From Haplodiscus bocki (Eukaryota): a stretch of DNA of 64,000 nucleotides. The translations under genes and the position numbers were made by a program. The stretch covers positions 112,220,001 through 112,284,000 of the forward strand of contig OZ296651.1 of assembly GCA_965655095.1 (NCBI GenBank), given 5' to 3'. Shown here piece after piece: positions 1 through 13,564 of this stretch; the stretch's first letter is position 1; the number at the start of each line of letters is the position of its first letter. The notes beneath the pieces were generated by a model. It made no database searches. It was not told where the DNA came from and saw nothing but the letters and a program-made list of their open reading frames with translations.

Positions 1-3000
1 GGAAATCAACAGTTTTTCCCACAGATGGCCTAATTTTGAAAACTGTTTTTCGCCCATCAAGGCTTTTGTGAATCTTTAAGTGAGTCGTAGATCAGCTGGT
101 GTGACTACTGTTCGTTCCTGATGGATCTCCCTAACTTCATACCAAATGGGAATTCTGTTACGTGGTAGCTCCTTGTTTTCATGGGTCGACGTCTTTCAAT
201 TCTTTTTGGAGGTACAAGAAAAGATTAGTGTTCTGTTGTCCAGAAACCTACCGCTTGTCGCAGCAAATGTTTTTGCTGATGGGTCTTCTGTTTGTGTTCG
301 AATGGCTCAGCTTGTATATATGGTCAGGACGCCAAATCATTTCCGGAAAAGTTTCACACGGTGCAAAACTACTAAGTGAATTTCGGACAATAGGAGGTGT
401 TGGAGTTAGAACGAGTGATGCAACCGGAGATTGCCACGGGCATTGTCAAAGACTTAAAGCGCAGTGATTTTCTTAAAAGGAATCCAGTGCTTCACCCTTT
501 CCAGACATTTGCGCAAACTATCACATAGGATCCACTTTTCATCGATTGCGATGAAAATGAAAATATTGGTGTCCACCATCACAGCTTCAATTATGGTTCC
601 TGCCTTATCATTTGATTCTAGCATTTTTTGAAAACTTGCGGCCACGTTGCCAGCAGAACTCTCCTCAGGGTGTGGCTCACGTTGGATATTGTTAAATGTA
701 GCCTCAAATGGGAAAAAACTCCAAGATATTTTTTCAGAGCTTTTTTGGAGCCCTTCTGTAATTTTTGCACACGCTACCTCACGTGCCCCGCAGAGCCTGT
801 AAGACATTTTCTATCGACTGAAATATCTGTTGTTCCACAATATGATAACTTAGAGTTCCCGATGTGTAATCTTTTGTTTCTTGTCTGCCCATTACTTCGG
901 CAGCTGCTGTTCTGCCTGCTTCGGTTTACGGAGCATATCTTCCCGGGCATGTTCGTTTGGAGCTCACTGCGAATGGAATCTATCAAAATTTGGCTCAGGG
1001 ACTTCGCAGAAGAAATCGACCTGTTGTATATTGGTGAGTGCATAGCGTATCGGCGTTGATGCTGTCCGTATTCAGTAGGGGTGTCCAAAATAACCATTGA
1101 GAGTTTCCAAATTGGTCGTGTTCTGCGCGTTTTGTGACTTCGTCGAGATGCGCACTCCATCAATTCATAGTTTAGTCCCGAAAAAGGAGTTTTAAAATCT
1201 TGTAGAATGTGGGAACGACGGATGGAAGGTCTCCCACTAAGTGAAGTTGCCGTCGATTGATGTGTCGAAAGGCCCTGTTGAGTTGTTGTTGGGCTTTTGA
1301 TTCATTTGATTCGAGTCTTTAATTTGTATACTCCTTGTAACAGGTTTACTCGGGTACTAGGTTTCGCGGTTGTGAATGGTGTTAGAGAGTGGCGGATAGC
1401 CTAGCGCCAGATGTTACTGGGTAATGATTCATTCGAGAGCTGAAATGATTGACTATTTGGAGATTCGAGCACTTGCAGATTGTTTCCAAATCATTCAGTC
1501 GACAAGTCACCATAAGTGTCCTTGCTGGTTGGACCAATGAGATCCCGGGAAGTTTAGCACATTCTGGGTGTTCCGGGTGTGCATCCAGTCGAGACATCAC
1601 CAGTTGCTTTCAATGGTTGGCACTCTTCATCAGGTTGCATAGTTGATATCATCAACAGATCCACATCAAAGTGGTTATCGAAGAAGCTTGGAAGGTTATA
1701 AACTTCCATGCCTTTACCAGGAGATTCGTTTTTTCGTCGTCAAGCTGATTGCATAGATGAGGTGCGTCGAAGGGATTGAACGCTGGGTTCACATCTTCTT
1801 GAAGAACCAGTGACTGAGACTTCCTAAAGTGACTCTTCTTTTCCAGAAGAACATTTTTCGATAACCGTGTCTATCATTTAGTCAGTGGGGTCTGTCTGCA
1901 AAAGTCTCGAAGATGATTTTTTTGTCTGGGTTTTGGTGAAGTAGAATTTACGATTGCTCAAGAAGAACCAGACGCGCTCAAAATGAAGTCTGAATCCATC
2001 CAACGAATCTATTAACTGCCCATCTACATTCTTTTATGACAGAAGATGCTCAGCGCGCAAGACATGCAACTAATCTCGGCATCCCCTCTCACGTGTGACT
2101 CGCTAAAACAACATGACTTTTTCTTTTTGAGAGAATTCTTCAGCTTCAACGTCAAGGCGTTTTTCTAACTGTCGCTTCGATCTGAGTTTGGCCTGATGAA
2201 GTCCTCTGCGCGTACCTTCATTCCTTTTTGTTTCTGCAAAAGTCGACAACGTTGTTTGACGATGATCAAAACTTTTTTTGCGGAGATTTCTGGATACATG
2301 TACGCAAGCGCAGTAATTTTCTCAGGCCCTGTTAAGAACATTTAAGGAGAGATTTGATGAGCGTTTTGTCCAGTACTATTGCAAGCTCTGATTACTTGTT
2401 CCAGACACAAATCTCATTCCTTTTTCAATTACATTTGAAAGAGATCAAGTTCTGAAGATCCACCGGAATTTAGGTTTGCAGTAAGTTAGCTGTTGAAACC
2501 GCTTGCAGTACTTGACAGAGGCTGGAAGGTGATTTAATCAAAACAACAAAAACTGAGTTCAATTATTTGATCACAAAATTGATGAACTGCCTTGCAAGGA
2601 GACCAGCAAGTCCGAGGATATCTGCCTGCACTCAACGGATTTACATTTGAGTACTTCTGTGTATTGTTGATTTGATTGATGCTCACCAATGATCTGGTGT
2701 GGCCTGCTTTAGTCTTGCTAAACTTGCGATGGTCACTTTGCAGAGACTTTATAATTTTCCCGCTGACAAAATTTTCATAGCAAAACGCTTGGCATCCTCA
2801 CGGTTTCGTTTTCACTATCAGATAGGACAGGCTGCTATCCATTTCTTTTCTTGTCTTTAGAGGCCGGAACGGTCAAGGCGTAGTTGAATTGATTTCACAA
2901 CAATTTCTGGTGTTCGAAGGTTGTTATTAAGATGATTCTTTCCAATTGTTTCACTGCAGACATGATGTCCTGCTCATTCATAAGCAGATGATTCTTTTCT

Positions 3001-4300
3001 TGATCCCAGTTTTTTTTGCTAATGTTTTTAGTCGCGGTTAAAGCAGAATTTGCAATTCATTGATAAATCCGCTAAAAGTCTGCGTTTTGCGTGGATCATG
3101 GCATCCTCCTTTTGTGCTTTGAGCACATTGTCCAAAGAATAGACGTTGCTCTTTTGTTTTTGCAAGAAAGTTAGTTACAATGAGGTGAACCCAAGCCTGA
3201 GGGTGTCGAACTTTTTGCTAAATTTTTGCAACAACAACCATGTGTATGACTCCCAGCTGCATGTGCCAGACAGGGTTGTTCCTTTTAGCTTATTTTGGCT
3301 TCTGTGTGCTTCTTTGGGCGAGCTCTTTTTCCAATTGCTGAGTGGGAAGCTGGAGCATTCGAGTAGGAAAAGAAACTTCCTGGACTTCCGAATTTTCGTC
3401 CCGTTTTCAGTTGAGCTTTTCAAGGCCGAACATTGTTGCTGAGCGAGGTTTTGAATCGAAACTGTTTAGAAGATTCTGTCGTCCGATGCGTTGTTTTTCA
3501 AAGTCGGGCCAAAAGTTAACAAGTCATGTGTTTCCTCCCGGAAAAGGAAAAGCATTATAATTTTTTGTCAACCACTTGAGCAGTTTCAGATTCTGTTGCT
3601 CTTTTGGTAGATTGTCTGATCATTAAGCTTATTCCATCTGAAATTCCGCGTTTTCTAAGTGGGCTGTGTTAAACATCCATGCCTTACTGTTCCAATAGCA
3701 AACTCCATCGTCCAAAGCTTCTCTCCTCAAAAAAGTAAACCAAGAGCCAAGTCAGGAAGTATTTGTCAATCCTCAAAGTGAACTAACTTGGTGCTGAGCT
3801 CAATGTGTAGTTGTTGGTTTAAAGCACAGTGGAGATTATTTCCAGCGCATGCTTTTTTGGGTTCAAGTCATCAATTTATTCCAAAGTAGACAGCGCGTAG
3901 CATTCTTCTGCTTTGTCACTCTAACTTTTGATGGAGAAAACCGGTCATTTTTTCCGTCTGTGTGTAATCAAACGTCCAAAATACGTGGTTAGAACCAAAA
4001 CTACTGCGTTGCATGGTTCATGATAAATTTGCTGGAATTGACGCTGGGCGTGTCTGGACCATTGAAACGTTACAAAGAATCTCATCAGGATCATCTTGAG
4101 GTGTCTCTTTGCAACGTATTTCCTGTTGAATTCCAATTGGTAAGACAGGAAAATCTTGGAAGCTTCACTTTTTTGTGCGTCCTTTACTGGAGCCTCTTGA
4201 TGGCCTCGCTGTCCGGTATCTTTCGTTGCGCATGATATTGTTTTTCCCAAACAATTTGGCCTAAATTTCAAAAAAAGTCTTTCTGCTGGTTTACAGATCT
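1..4300 (-). mobile_element. Decayed BEL/Pao LTR retrotransposon body (gag-RT-RNaseH-integrase remnants)
   Basis: Broken minus-strand frames in BEL order: RT-like region near 2600, integrase-like 'KISWSFFP' (454-807) and C-terminal 'ELPRNRIPIW' near 150-190. Many stops and frameshifts; boundaries approximate. Confidence 0.6.
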
Positions 4301-6405
4301 CCACAATGGACGATTTTTCTCAGACTCACTAGGTGGTCCTCGATTTATTTGGTAGAGATGATGAGGTAACCGTAATAACAACTGATCATGTTACCGTTAC
4401 GCTGTTCAATCGAGACTCAGTATTTCTTCATTACATTTTGGGAATTCTTTCTCACATAACACAGACGGATTGGCAAATTTTCTACTCAAATTAACCTAGA
4501 TTTCAAGGAAACGCTGTTGTGGGCCGTTATTTTTTCTTCTGAAGCTTTCGCCAGAAGTAAAGACCAGGCCAATGTTGGCAAGCCTCCATTGATCTGGGGC
4601 AAAAGCAGCGTCGTTGTATTAATTGAAGTCAGACAGAAACGCATGTCTCCTGATTTTCTACAATGCCCACACCACTTGTCAAGGTGAGTACGATGTATAA
4701 TTTTGCTTAAGGCCAACAAGCGGAGCAAATCTTGATTGATAGATTACACATTGTCTCGAGTCGTCCTTTTGGCTCCATCTCTATAGGGCTAAGCCTAGTG
4801 AATTTATTCAACTCCATATTTCAGAAACGTACAATTACCTAGACCTCCTGTATGCGTGCATCAACATTTTGTCCGACTATTCTTTTAGTAGCTGACTGTG
4901 CCTTTCTCCCACTTCCTCTCCCAAGCATTCACTATTGGTGAAAAATCTGGACCTGGGTAGATTCTCAACAACGCACAATTTAAATGCGCTTCACTTTCAG
5001 ATTCAAAGTATTCATGTGAGGCGCATTCAGATCCCAAACAAATCATTCTCATCTGTTTCTAAAACTGACATTTCGTCAGCTGCATTCAATGTGCAAACTT
5101 GTAGTTGCATTCACAAGTCAGTTCCATTTCTGTGCTGGAGATGATTAGTGCGATTCCAAGTGCTCCAATATTGCCATAAAAAACATTGGTTTCATTAGAG
5201 TCAATCTTTATCCAATTGAGTGATGGTTGCGCAATGCTGACAGTGTCAGCTATAACAAAAGACAGTTGAGCAATGCTTTGGCCTTTAGTGACTACCACGA
5301 ATTCATGTACAATTGGCCATTCTGGACTTGTGTTGACTTTAATCTTCATACTTTTCCTTTCCTTAGTTTTGAACTCAATTTTCTTCGCACAGAAAAAAAA
5401 TTTGCCATTCTGGGAAAAACATCATGGATTACTGTGAGCAATTTGGTTTTGAGGAAAGTTTGGTTACTGAACTTGAAGTGCACCAACCTATCGTACTGTC
5501 TCAAGACCGGTATCTCCAAGATGGGCTCCAAAGAAAGTCAGTTTTCAAAGTGACTCCGGCCACCATAGAACTTACTCAAACCAGCATACCAAAGGTACGC
5601 ATACCCAATCCGTTGGCAGCTATGACGTTGATGCTTTGAGGTAACATGCTGTGGAAGGCAATCAACGCAAAATTTGTCGCGGCGAGATTGTTTTCATCAG
5701 TTGTCTAGATCCAGTTTCTAATAAAACACGCAAGTTAATTGGTTGTTGTCGCGTATGAAAACATAGGACAAAAGATGGCTTGTAAGTAACGAGCGATTCC
5801 TTGGGATGCATTGTTGTGGTCAAGAGGTTCCAATAACTGCTCTGTTTCTCAATGCTTTTCAGGAGAAGTCTCCTTTTGTGAAAACTTGCGTTTCCGATTT
5901 GAGCTCAATGCTCAACGCCATCAGTGAACAAAAAGACTCACAAAAATAACTTTCAGGAGTTGTTTCGCTTGACGTCCATAAGCAACCTCTTACGATTGCA
6001 AAATCAGTATTTTTTTTAATTTTGATGCGTGAGATGGTGATCCAGCTGACGCTTGTGGAAAGGAAACAACTCCATGGAGCCTATGGGTCTCTTCTTTTCC
6101 AAATGATTTACCTTGAACGCTTATATCTCTCTGGAAAATGTTGACCTCTGAGCAGGAATTTTGTAATCAGTGAGAAAAAATTGATTAATTTTATTGTGGG
6201 GGATACCAGTTTTTGTGCTCGGTTAATTTCATCGTGTTGATTTTACGAAGTTCGGGTCATTTCACCGTAATACTTAGCTATGTCAACGCAAGTGGAGACC
6301 AAGTGTTGCTGCATCTGGTTAAAAACCGGCCCAATTTCGTGCTGTTTTCTATCTCTATTTTCAGTGTTTTGATTCGGTTCTGGGTGGATATCGCCGTCAC
6401 AGGTT

Positions 6406-6435
6406 GCCGTGCCGTGCCGTGCCGTGCCGTGCCGT
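6406..6435. repeat. (GCCGT)6 microsatellite
   Basis: Six exact GCCGT units read directly. Confidence 0.95.
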
Positions 6436-8229
6436 ACCTGTTCAATTTTTCACATAGTCTGACGAAGTATCCAAGTACGAAGCAGTTTTACCCCTTGACC
6501 AGAACTAAATCTGGGGCTTGTTTTTGTTCAAAATATTGTGGTTGCTTTTGCGGTTGACCACTTGCCTGCGGGTGAGTTATTGCCACTGCAGCTGGTGCTT
6601 TAACTGTGTGATCGGTTCATGTGTCAATGTGTCGGTATATGAGAGCAACTATCGCCGAAATTGTTTCTCCACATTGTTCTCTCGTTTTGACAAATCCATG
6701 GGTCAAAAATCTCAGTTCCTCCACTGTGGGAAAAAATTGTGGGAGAAAAGAATCAAAAGACTAGTCTTTTGGATCTCTGACCCGCCTGTATTTGAAATGA
6801 ATTCTCTTGCCTGTATTTTTAAGTTTCGGATCACCAACCAAGCTTTTTGCGCTTCCTTCATGGACGATAGGGATGTTTTGATGACAAGCACATTGATTCA
6901 TCTCTCGGAGCTCCCAAACTTTTTTCCTGTGAAGTGAATGGGCCTCCTTTTTGCATCAATTTGTTACACGATAGAAAGCACAATTTTAGCTATTGTTCCT
7001 TAAAGAAAATCTATCATTTGTTCAGTTACGTTGAGAACAGCCGCGACACTTCACATGCAGGTGGCCTCCCGTTTTTTGTCCGCGTTAGTCAACTCAATGT
7101 TGAGTTCCGTTCCCTTGTTCAACATTCTCGATCACACTACCAGTTCCACCTTGCTAGTGCTCAACAACACAGCTTGAGATGTTTGTCTGCTGTGAAGCAT
7201 CGGGTTCCGTCTGTGGTCAAGTATGCTTGCGCTAGGCTTCCTCCTTCAAAAGCTGTTGCATAAAGCGTAGTCATGAAAAATTTTCTGAAAATCGAGGTTG
7301 ATAAGGTCGTCTCAACGCACGTCTTGGCTTCCACGCTGAGGTCCCCTCTCCGCAATTCATAGGCCAAAAGACTGTGTCCGGTTGCTACTGTAAAATTTTA
7401 CTGCACTTCACGGATTTAATGCCTTCCAAAAATTGTTTTCCTTCATTTGAAACGAAGACTTTTGTAAAACTGTAACTTTTATGCTGCATTTGAGAGAATC
7501 TTCCATTTAGTCCTGCATCGCGGGCTTGAATCTGACCGGCTTGAATTTATCAGGTATTTCGGACGATTGGCTGCGCAAATGACGTCGGAAATTCATCATT
7601 CGTTGTCGATTACTCTTTTTATCTGATTTCCTGCATATGCGAACGCAACAGTTTGTTTAGCTCTTGGTCAATGCGGTTCAAGCGTAACCCGCTGTCCGCG
7701 TTCGTCTTGGTATTGTGCAAAGGACTACCGTGGCCAGCAAAACTGAGGTCTCTTCAAGATTTGCCTCGACGACTATGGGTTTTAAGTCATCTTTTGGAGT
7801 TAATCCGACAAAAATTGACTCCTCTGTTGTCCGAGCTTCAACAACTATTGCAAATTGGAGCAAAAAAAACATTGCCGCGCTCAGCAATAGCCGATGAAAA
7901 GGAATTGTCATGTGAGGTGCAGGATGTGCTTCATTGAGCGTTTTTAATGAAACCCCAATCACACTACTCCTGTTCCTCAGCTTTTATACTCTCGTGAAAA
8001 TCTCTCATATTTTTCGCTAAGAGTCTATGCTGTGCGGGGTGGTCCTCTAAATCTTTTGAATGGCTTTCATGAGCACCATAGTTGTCCGAATGGGTGAGGG
8101 CTATCTAACCACTACACTTCGTTATCCTTGCAAGTCATCTTTTTAGTTATCAGGGTTCCTGAGAAGAACCAATTGACATCAATTTCCTCATTTTGTTTTG
8201 ATTGCGGCATGTTGGCTGGCTCTAGTTCA

Positions 8230-8250
8230 CCCCCCCCCCCCCCCCCCCCC
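8230..8250. repeat. Poly-C tract (21 nt)
   Basis: Read directly. Confidence 0.9.
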
Positions 8251-8899
8251 ATTGCCCCTATTGATGCAAAGAACAAATTGTCTTTTATCCTCAAACTTTA
8301 GTCGAGTCTGGTGACAATCCCTCACGAGGCTTACGACTTTTTTTTGTTTTTGTTGGTTTTGTTGGGCACACTTCTGAGAATCACGGTGTTGGGTCTGGAA
8401 GATTATAACTTTTGTTTGGACGACTTGGTCCTTTTCTGTGAGTTGCGGAAAGGGGCTCCAGGATCCGCCCAATGTTAAAAGTTGGTCAGGGAAGGCCAAA
8501 AAGACACATACATCTTTGACCATTTTTGAAAGTGAAATAGAGCGCGCAGGAAATGCTCGGTTCCTCAGTGCAGACTGCAATTTTTGAATGAAAAAATTCA
8601 ACTACGTGGCCCACAAAACATACTGCAGTGTGAGTAGGATCCTGATGTCAAGATCTTAAGAAACTAGTCGTTTTTGAATTCATCGGCTAAAACTTACCTC
8701 TGCTCCAATATCCACTTCAAAATCCATTTCATCTCGATTATCTTAAAAATCACTCAGTGTGTTTTAATAGCTGTTCGGGATTCAAAAAACAAAAATTTTA
8801 CATCGGCGCGACACTTTGAACAGATTTTGATTTTCTTGATTTTGTCATTTTCAGGTGCAATTTCGCTGTTTTTGCACTGATGGGTGGGTTCCACGTTCC

Positions 8900-11400
8900 C
8901 AATTAGGCAGAAAGTTATCATTTTAGTACTTTATAGTGTGTCAGAGACGTTCATGAATTCCTCGAACTTTGATTTTCGCTGAAGCAAATTTCATTTTCCA
9001 AGTTGTTTCCTTCCAACAGGTTTCAAAAGGCGGTATTGTCAGTTTAGTTCTTTTGCCACTTTTTAGGTGAGTTTCCAGATTCAAAGAGTGGCGCAGGAAG
9101 TCCCAAAAATTAATGGAAATTTGGTTGAAGGGTTGTTAAAGTGCTCCAGGTGTAATTCAACTTTCCAGTACTGCTCATTGAAGATGGAGTTTCAGCGTTC
9201 GGATGATGAATGATTCGTTGCAGTTCCGATCATTACTCACAGTTCTGCTCGAATCAACTGGACAAACAGCCGGTAAACACCTGTTGAAGTACGGACGCAG
9301 ATTCAGGCTCACATGAACAGTATTGGCACAGGCTGTGGTTTTCGATCCGGAAAATATTGTTTCTGGGGATATTTCCAAAAAGGGGTGTTTCTGAACTTTT
9401 GCGGCCACTACTCGTTGACGAATCGTGCAAAAAAATCTAAATTAAAGGCAAAAGTCCCAATTTTTACTGCCAAGTCCGACTCAAGCCACTTGGGTTGCTG
9501 CTTTGTACGACGATAGTGCACAGTCGTCAACCAAAATGCCCAATTGAAGTCCCAAAAGGCGGCTATCTAAATGACTGAAAACTCGCGGCAGAAAGTAAGT
9601 TTTATTACAAAATGACTTCGATTTACCCTCTGAAATTATATACTGGAACTGAGTTGAAATCTAAGCTCGGAATTTTTAAATTTTGTATCAGAGTGAATTT
9701 GAGTCTGACATTCTATTTTAACCGAAGTGACCTCATGAATGGGCATTTTTTAACGCTATCTTTTATAAGTTTGGGAAAGTGGTCGAGCAGGTTCACATTA
9801 TCGAAGAAAGAAATTGAGTCCTTCGAAATTGTCTTCACTTGGACTTTCCGATGGCTCCATATACTCCTTCTTCTACTTCCGGCTCTGTGACTTTTGTTTC
9901 TTCAGGACGGGATCCGGGATATGTTTTTTGGCAGTTTTTGTGACCAGAAGAGTTGGAAATTTCTGAGCTGGACCCAAACAGGCAACAACCCGTTGGTGGC
10001 GATGAACCGCAACCGGGTGGAAACGGGCAATGTGGCATCACAGTTGTGGTACCAAATGCTAAACTTGGGTAATGAAAAGGCAAAAAGTGAGAAAATAGCT
10101 ATTCGAGCTAATACTCACAATCGAAGTATTTTTCTAGGGATTATTTCGGGATTTATGCATTGCGGCCAAAAATGGTTTGCTCTAACAACAGACTGTTTTT
10201 GATGCCAGACAGCACGGTACTGGGATACCAAATAAATTTTCCCGATTCCTTTCGGTTCTTTTTCAATTTTTGGCCATTTCTCTTTCTGGGTTGCTTTTCA
10301 ACTGTTTTGCTTGTTTTTTGATCTTCATGCGTCTTTGGTTCAATCAAAGAGCTCACCAAATGTCCCAGCAGACTCTTTGAACAAAAAAATAGGCTTGTTT
10401 CAATGCCTATTTGTCCTTTTTATGGCGCTAAGCGTTAATCTAGACAGAAATGTGATCACAAACCTTAGAACTCTGGTAGGCCTCCTATGGGTTTCCACCT
10501 AAATATTTCGGAGCGAAACGGGAAAACAAAGAAAGGTCACTGCTTAAGTTGCTCTAAGGCCGCCAATAAGAAACACTTCTGATGGTATAAGGGCTCTGGG
10601 ACTCGAATTTCGTCCGAGAAGATAAGGCTTCTACCAGTTAAGGTTTTGACTCGAGTTGTTCGAACAAAACAATATAAGCTAGAAGAAAACCAAAGAGCTC
10701 TCGGCATAATTGCAAGAACTTGCAGACACAAATTTAGCACTAAATTGACAAAACCAGATGTTTCTCTCAATTTTTGCCTTGACAACGAGGAAGAATGCCA
10801 AATAATGATCAGGAGGCTTTTCACGTTTCACGTCCTCGAGAGTATTCCACTTTACCGGGTACCAACTGTCTTGGTGGGAAAAACACGATCTTACAAAATC
10901 AATTTTTTATGTCACAGCTGCCTTTGATTCATCTATGGTCCCCATGCCAACTTTTTATGGAATGGAAGGCCGCCCAGTTTTCAGCAGCATATTTGTGAGT
11001 CACGGAAAATCCAGTTCCGGACCACAAAAATCCTCATACGCCCGAGCTGCTCACAGTTTAGGTACCCGATTATTCCGGCGGATTCCAGTTTTACGGGCAG
11101 TTGATCTTGTGGATTATTTTTAATAACACTCAGGCTCAACCTTCGACTGCTGAAGACATAAAACCACTATGTATTACTTGACTGGGCACATTCTTTTGCG
11201 GAGTGATGTTCGGCTCGCTGCTGGAAAACTGAATTTATTAGCGAAAGTATTTTTTGTCAAAATCTTCACACCAAAACCAAATCAAGGGTAAAATTCAGGT
11301 TTCTCGCTGGTTTTCTGCTTCTTTCTTCTCTATCAGATTTCGCAGTTTTCTGACTTCTTGCCTTTATAATTTCAGGTTGCTCTTTTCCCTGAGTTCAACC
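8900..11400 (-). mobile_element. Decayed BEL/Pao 5' part (gag-protease), third copy
   Basis: Minus-strand 'GLLPVWVQL' near 9960-9995 resembles the BEL protease entry motif; gag-like remnants upstream. Weak and highly decayed. Confidence 0.4.
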
Positions 11401-11506
11401 TAATTTATTTTATTGACGGGTCCGCGATTGATTAATGATTCATGACCTTTAAAAAACCTACATCGCACACCCGTACCACAAAGCTTGCAAATATGTGAGC
11501 GATGAT

Positions 11507-11966
11507 AGTAGTGTACAAAAAAGCATATGACACCAGCCGCGCAGGCCGCATCCTCATCCGACACCAATCATTCAACAAATTATCCTCCAAAATCACAATA
11601 ATACAACTCATAGGGTGTATAATTAAACAAAAACCAATAAATAAAAATGAAAAAATATAATAATATTCAAATAATTTAAAGAATATAATAAACAAAATTT
11701 ACACTCTATGATTTGTATTATTGTGATTTTGGGGGAGAATTTGTTGAATGGTTGGTGTCGGATGAGGATGCGATCCATTGCGACTGATATCGTATGCTTT
11801 TTTGTACACTACTCTATCGTGAAATTATAATATTTCTTTTTATTAGATAGAATTCTATCATGATACCTCACATTTCTTTGTCCTCGTGAAATATACTTTT
11901 TAGATTTATCATTATTTTTAACATATCTGGTCTTTTCAAATTTTTCTTTCACTTTTACAACCATTT
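11507..11966. repeat. Left TIR of Polinton 1, containing internal hairpin 11507-11813
   Basis: Reverse complement of 20648-21108; arms of about 118 bp (11507-11624, 11696-11813) around an AT-rich spacer. Confidence 0.95.
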
Positions 11967-12000
11967 AAAATATATTCAGTAATAAAAATGGAAGAGGATA

Positions 12001-12675
12001 GATATTCAGAATCTGTGATTTCCAAGGCAAGAGCTTTCCAATGATGCATCATATGTAAGTTTAACTGAAATTTTTATAAATTCTACATGTTCAAGGCTTG
12101 AGGTTTGAAATGGTATCATTCCACATGAGGATCTCGGATCATGGTGATATTCAAAATCTGTGATCTCCAAGTCAAGAGCTTTCCAATGATTTATCATATG
12201 TTAGTTTATCTAAAAATTTATAATCTCTACATGTTTAACGTTTGAGGTTTGTGATGGTATAATTTCATTTCAGTGTGTCGGATCATCGTGATATTCTAAA
12301 TCTATGATCTGCAAATCAAGACCTTTCGAACGATGTATCATATGTAGGTTTACCTTAAACTTTTTTAATCTCTAAATGTTTAAGGTTTTGGGTTTGAGAG
12401 GGCATAATTTCTCCTGTGTATGTCTGATCACGATGATATTTAAAACCTATGATCTCCAAGTCAAGAGCTTTCGAACAATGTATCACATGTATGTTTATAT
12501 GAAATTTTTTTAACCTCTACATGTTTAAGGTTTAGGGTTTGAGATGGTGTAGTTTCACGTGAGAATGTCAGATCAAGGTGATAATAACCATCTGTGATCT
12601 CCAAGTCAAGAGCTTTCCAATGAAGTATCATATGTAGTTTGATCTTAAAGTTTATATTCTCTACATAGTTAAAGT
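12001..12675 (+). repeat. Tandem array, about 4.7 copies of a 144-145 bp unit
   Basis: Core CAAGAGCTTTCCAATGATGTATCATATGT recurs at 12028, 12173, 12317, 12462 and 12607. Confidence 0.92.
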
Positions 12676-12839
12676 ACGTTTTGAAGCGTCCCTAAAACAT
12701 TGAGCTCCATTCCATAATTCCATATATTTCCATATTTCCAAATAATTCCATACTTCACGATTTCTCAAATCGAGGTAATTCCCGAAAATCCTTAAACATG
12801 TGAAGATTACGAAATCAACGAATTTTTAAGCTACAGAAA

Positions 12840-13225
12840 AGTATATTATACCATATCAAAGGTCTTGAAAAATGCAATTCAATGATGATAGTTTCAAAAA
12901 CATTAACCGAAACCTTACTATCGAAAAACCCAAAAAGAACCCTAGGATAACCCTGAAACTTAGTATGTCAATGAAAAAATTTTTAATAATGATGACATAT
13001 TATATATCGTTGAAAAAGTCTTGAAAAGTTCTATTCAGTGATGATATTTTCGAGATCGTTGACTGCAATTATTACCATCGAAAAAACCCAAAAACCCTAA
13101 AAATAACCCTGAAATATGGTTTGTCAATGAAAAAATTTAAATAATAGTGGAGTGTCATACGTCATTAGGAAGGTCTTGAAAAGGGTACTTTAATGACAAT
13201 TTTTTCAAAAACTTCAACCGATTTG
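12840..13225 (-). repeat. Tandem array, about 2.5-3 copies of a 155-156 bp unit with the same core inverted
   Basis: TCTTGA anchors at 12863, 13019 and 13174; e.g. CATACGTCATTAGGAAGGTCTTGA is the reverse complement of the core in the first array. Confidence 0.85.
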
Positions 13226-13269
13226 TAAACCAAACGTAATATTAATTTTTTGTTTACTTTTACAACCAC

Positions 13270-13557
13270 TTAATTATTCATCTCATCATGAATCTTTTTT
13301 TCTTTAATTATTTGGAAAAAGTCTTCACGCAATAATTTAACTTTATCAACTATATTACTAAAGTCCTGAATCCTAAACGAAATATATAAATCATCGAGAA
13401 TACCCAACATATTTACTATTTTCTTTGAGTCAAGATCTTGAAATTTGTCCACTAATACATTTCTAACACAATCAAATTTTTTATAATCATCTTCTTCTAA
13501 ATATCCAACAAAAAACAACTTGTTTGAAAAATACATTATATGATTTAAAGTCTTCAT
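13270..13557 (-). CDS. Polinton accessory protein, unknown function (95 aa)
   Basis: Open ORF starting at TAAATG; similar in pattern to ORF 14077-14379 (MKTLNHIM.../METVKDIL...; DFSNIVD/DFGNIVE). Confidence 0.6.
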   Translation of the reverse strand: MKTLNHIMYFSNKLFFVGYLEEDDYKKFDCVRNVLVDKFQDLDSKKIVNMLGILDDLYISFRIQDFSNIVDKVKLLREDFFQIIKEKKIHDEMNN

Positions 13558-13564
13558 TTATAAT

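Larger units (their letters stand above)
4400..8700 (-). mobile_element. Decayed BEL/Pao retrotransposon, second copy
   Basis: Gag knuckle-like 'KFEDKRQFVLCINRG' (8227-8601), protease entry 'TSVLLATVV' (7678-7962), RT/RNaseH-like remnants 5100-6950, integrase C-terminal remnant 'GGLPTLAWSL' (4486-4728). Confidence 0.6.

Noticed and set aside
146-11123. Many short ORF-track calls on the plus strand
   Set aside because: They are antisense or off-frame fragments of decayed retrotransposons, not independent genes.
11432-11695. ORFs 11432-11695 (-) and 21004-21186 (+) sharing 'LLNxWCRMRMRPARLVS'
   Set aside because: The similarity comes from the TIRs; both ORFs cross the element boundary.
12001-12675. 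CRISPR array or coding repeat (ORF 12006-12197)
   Set aside because: The whole 145-bp unit is repeated, not a repeat-spacer pattern, and the reading frame is not kept across units.
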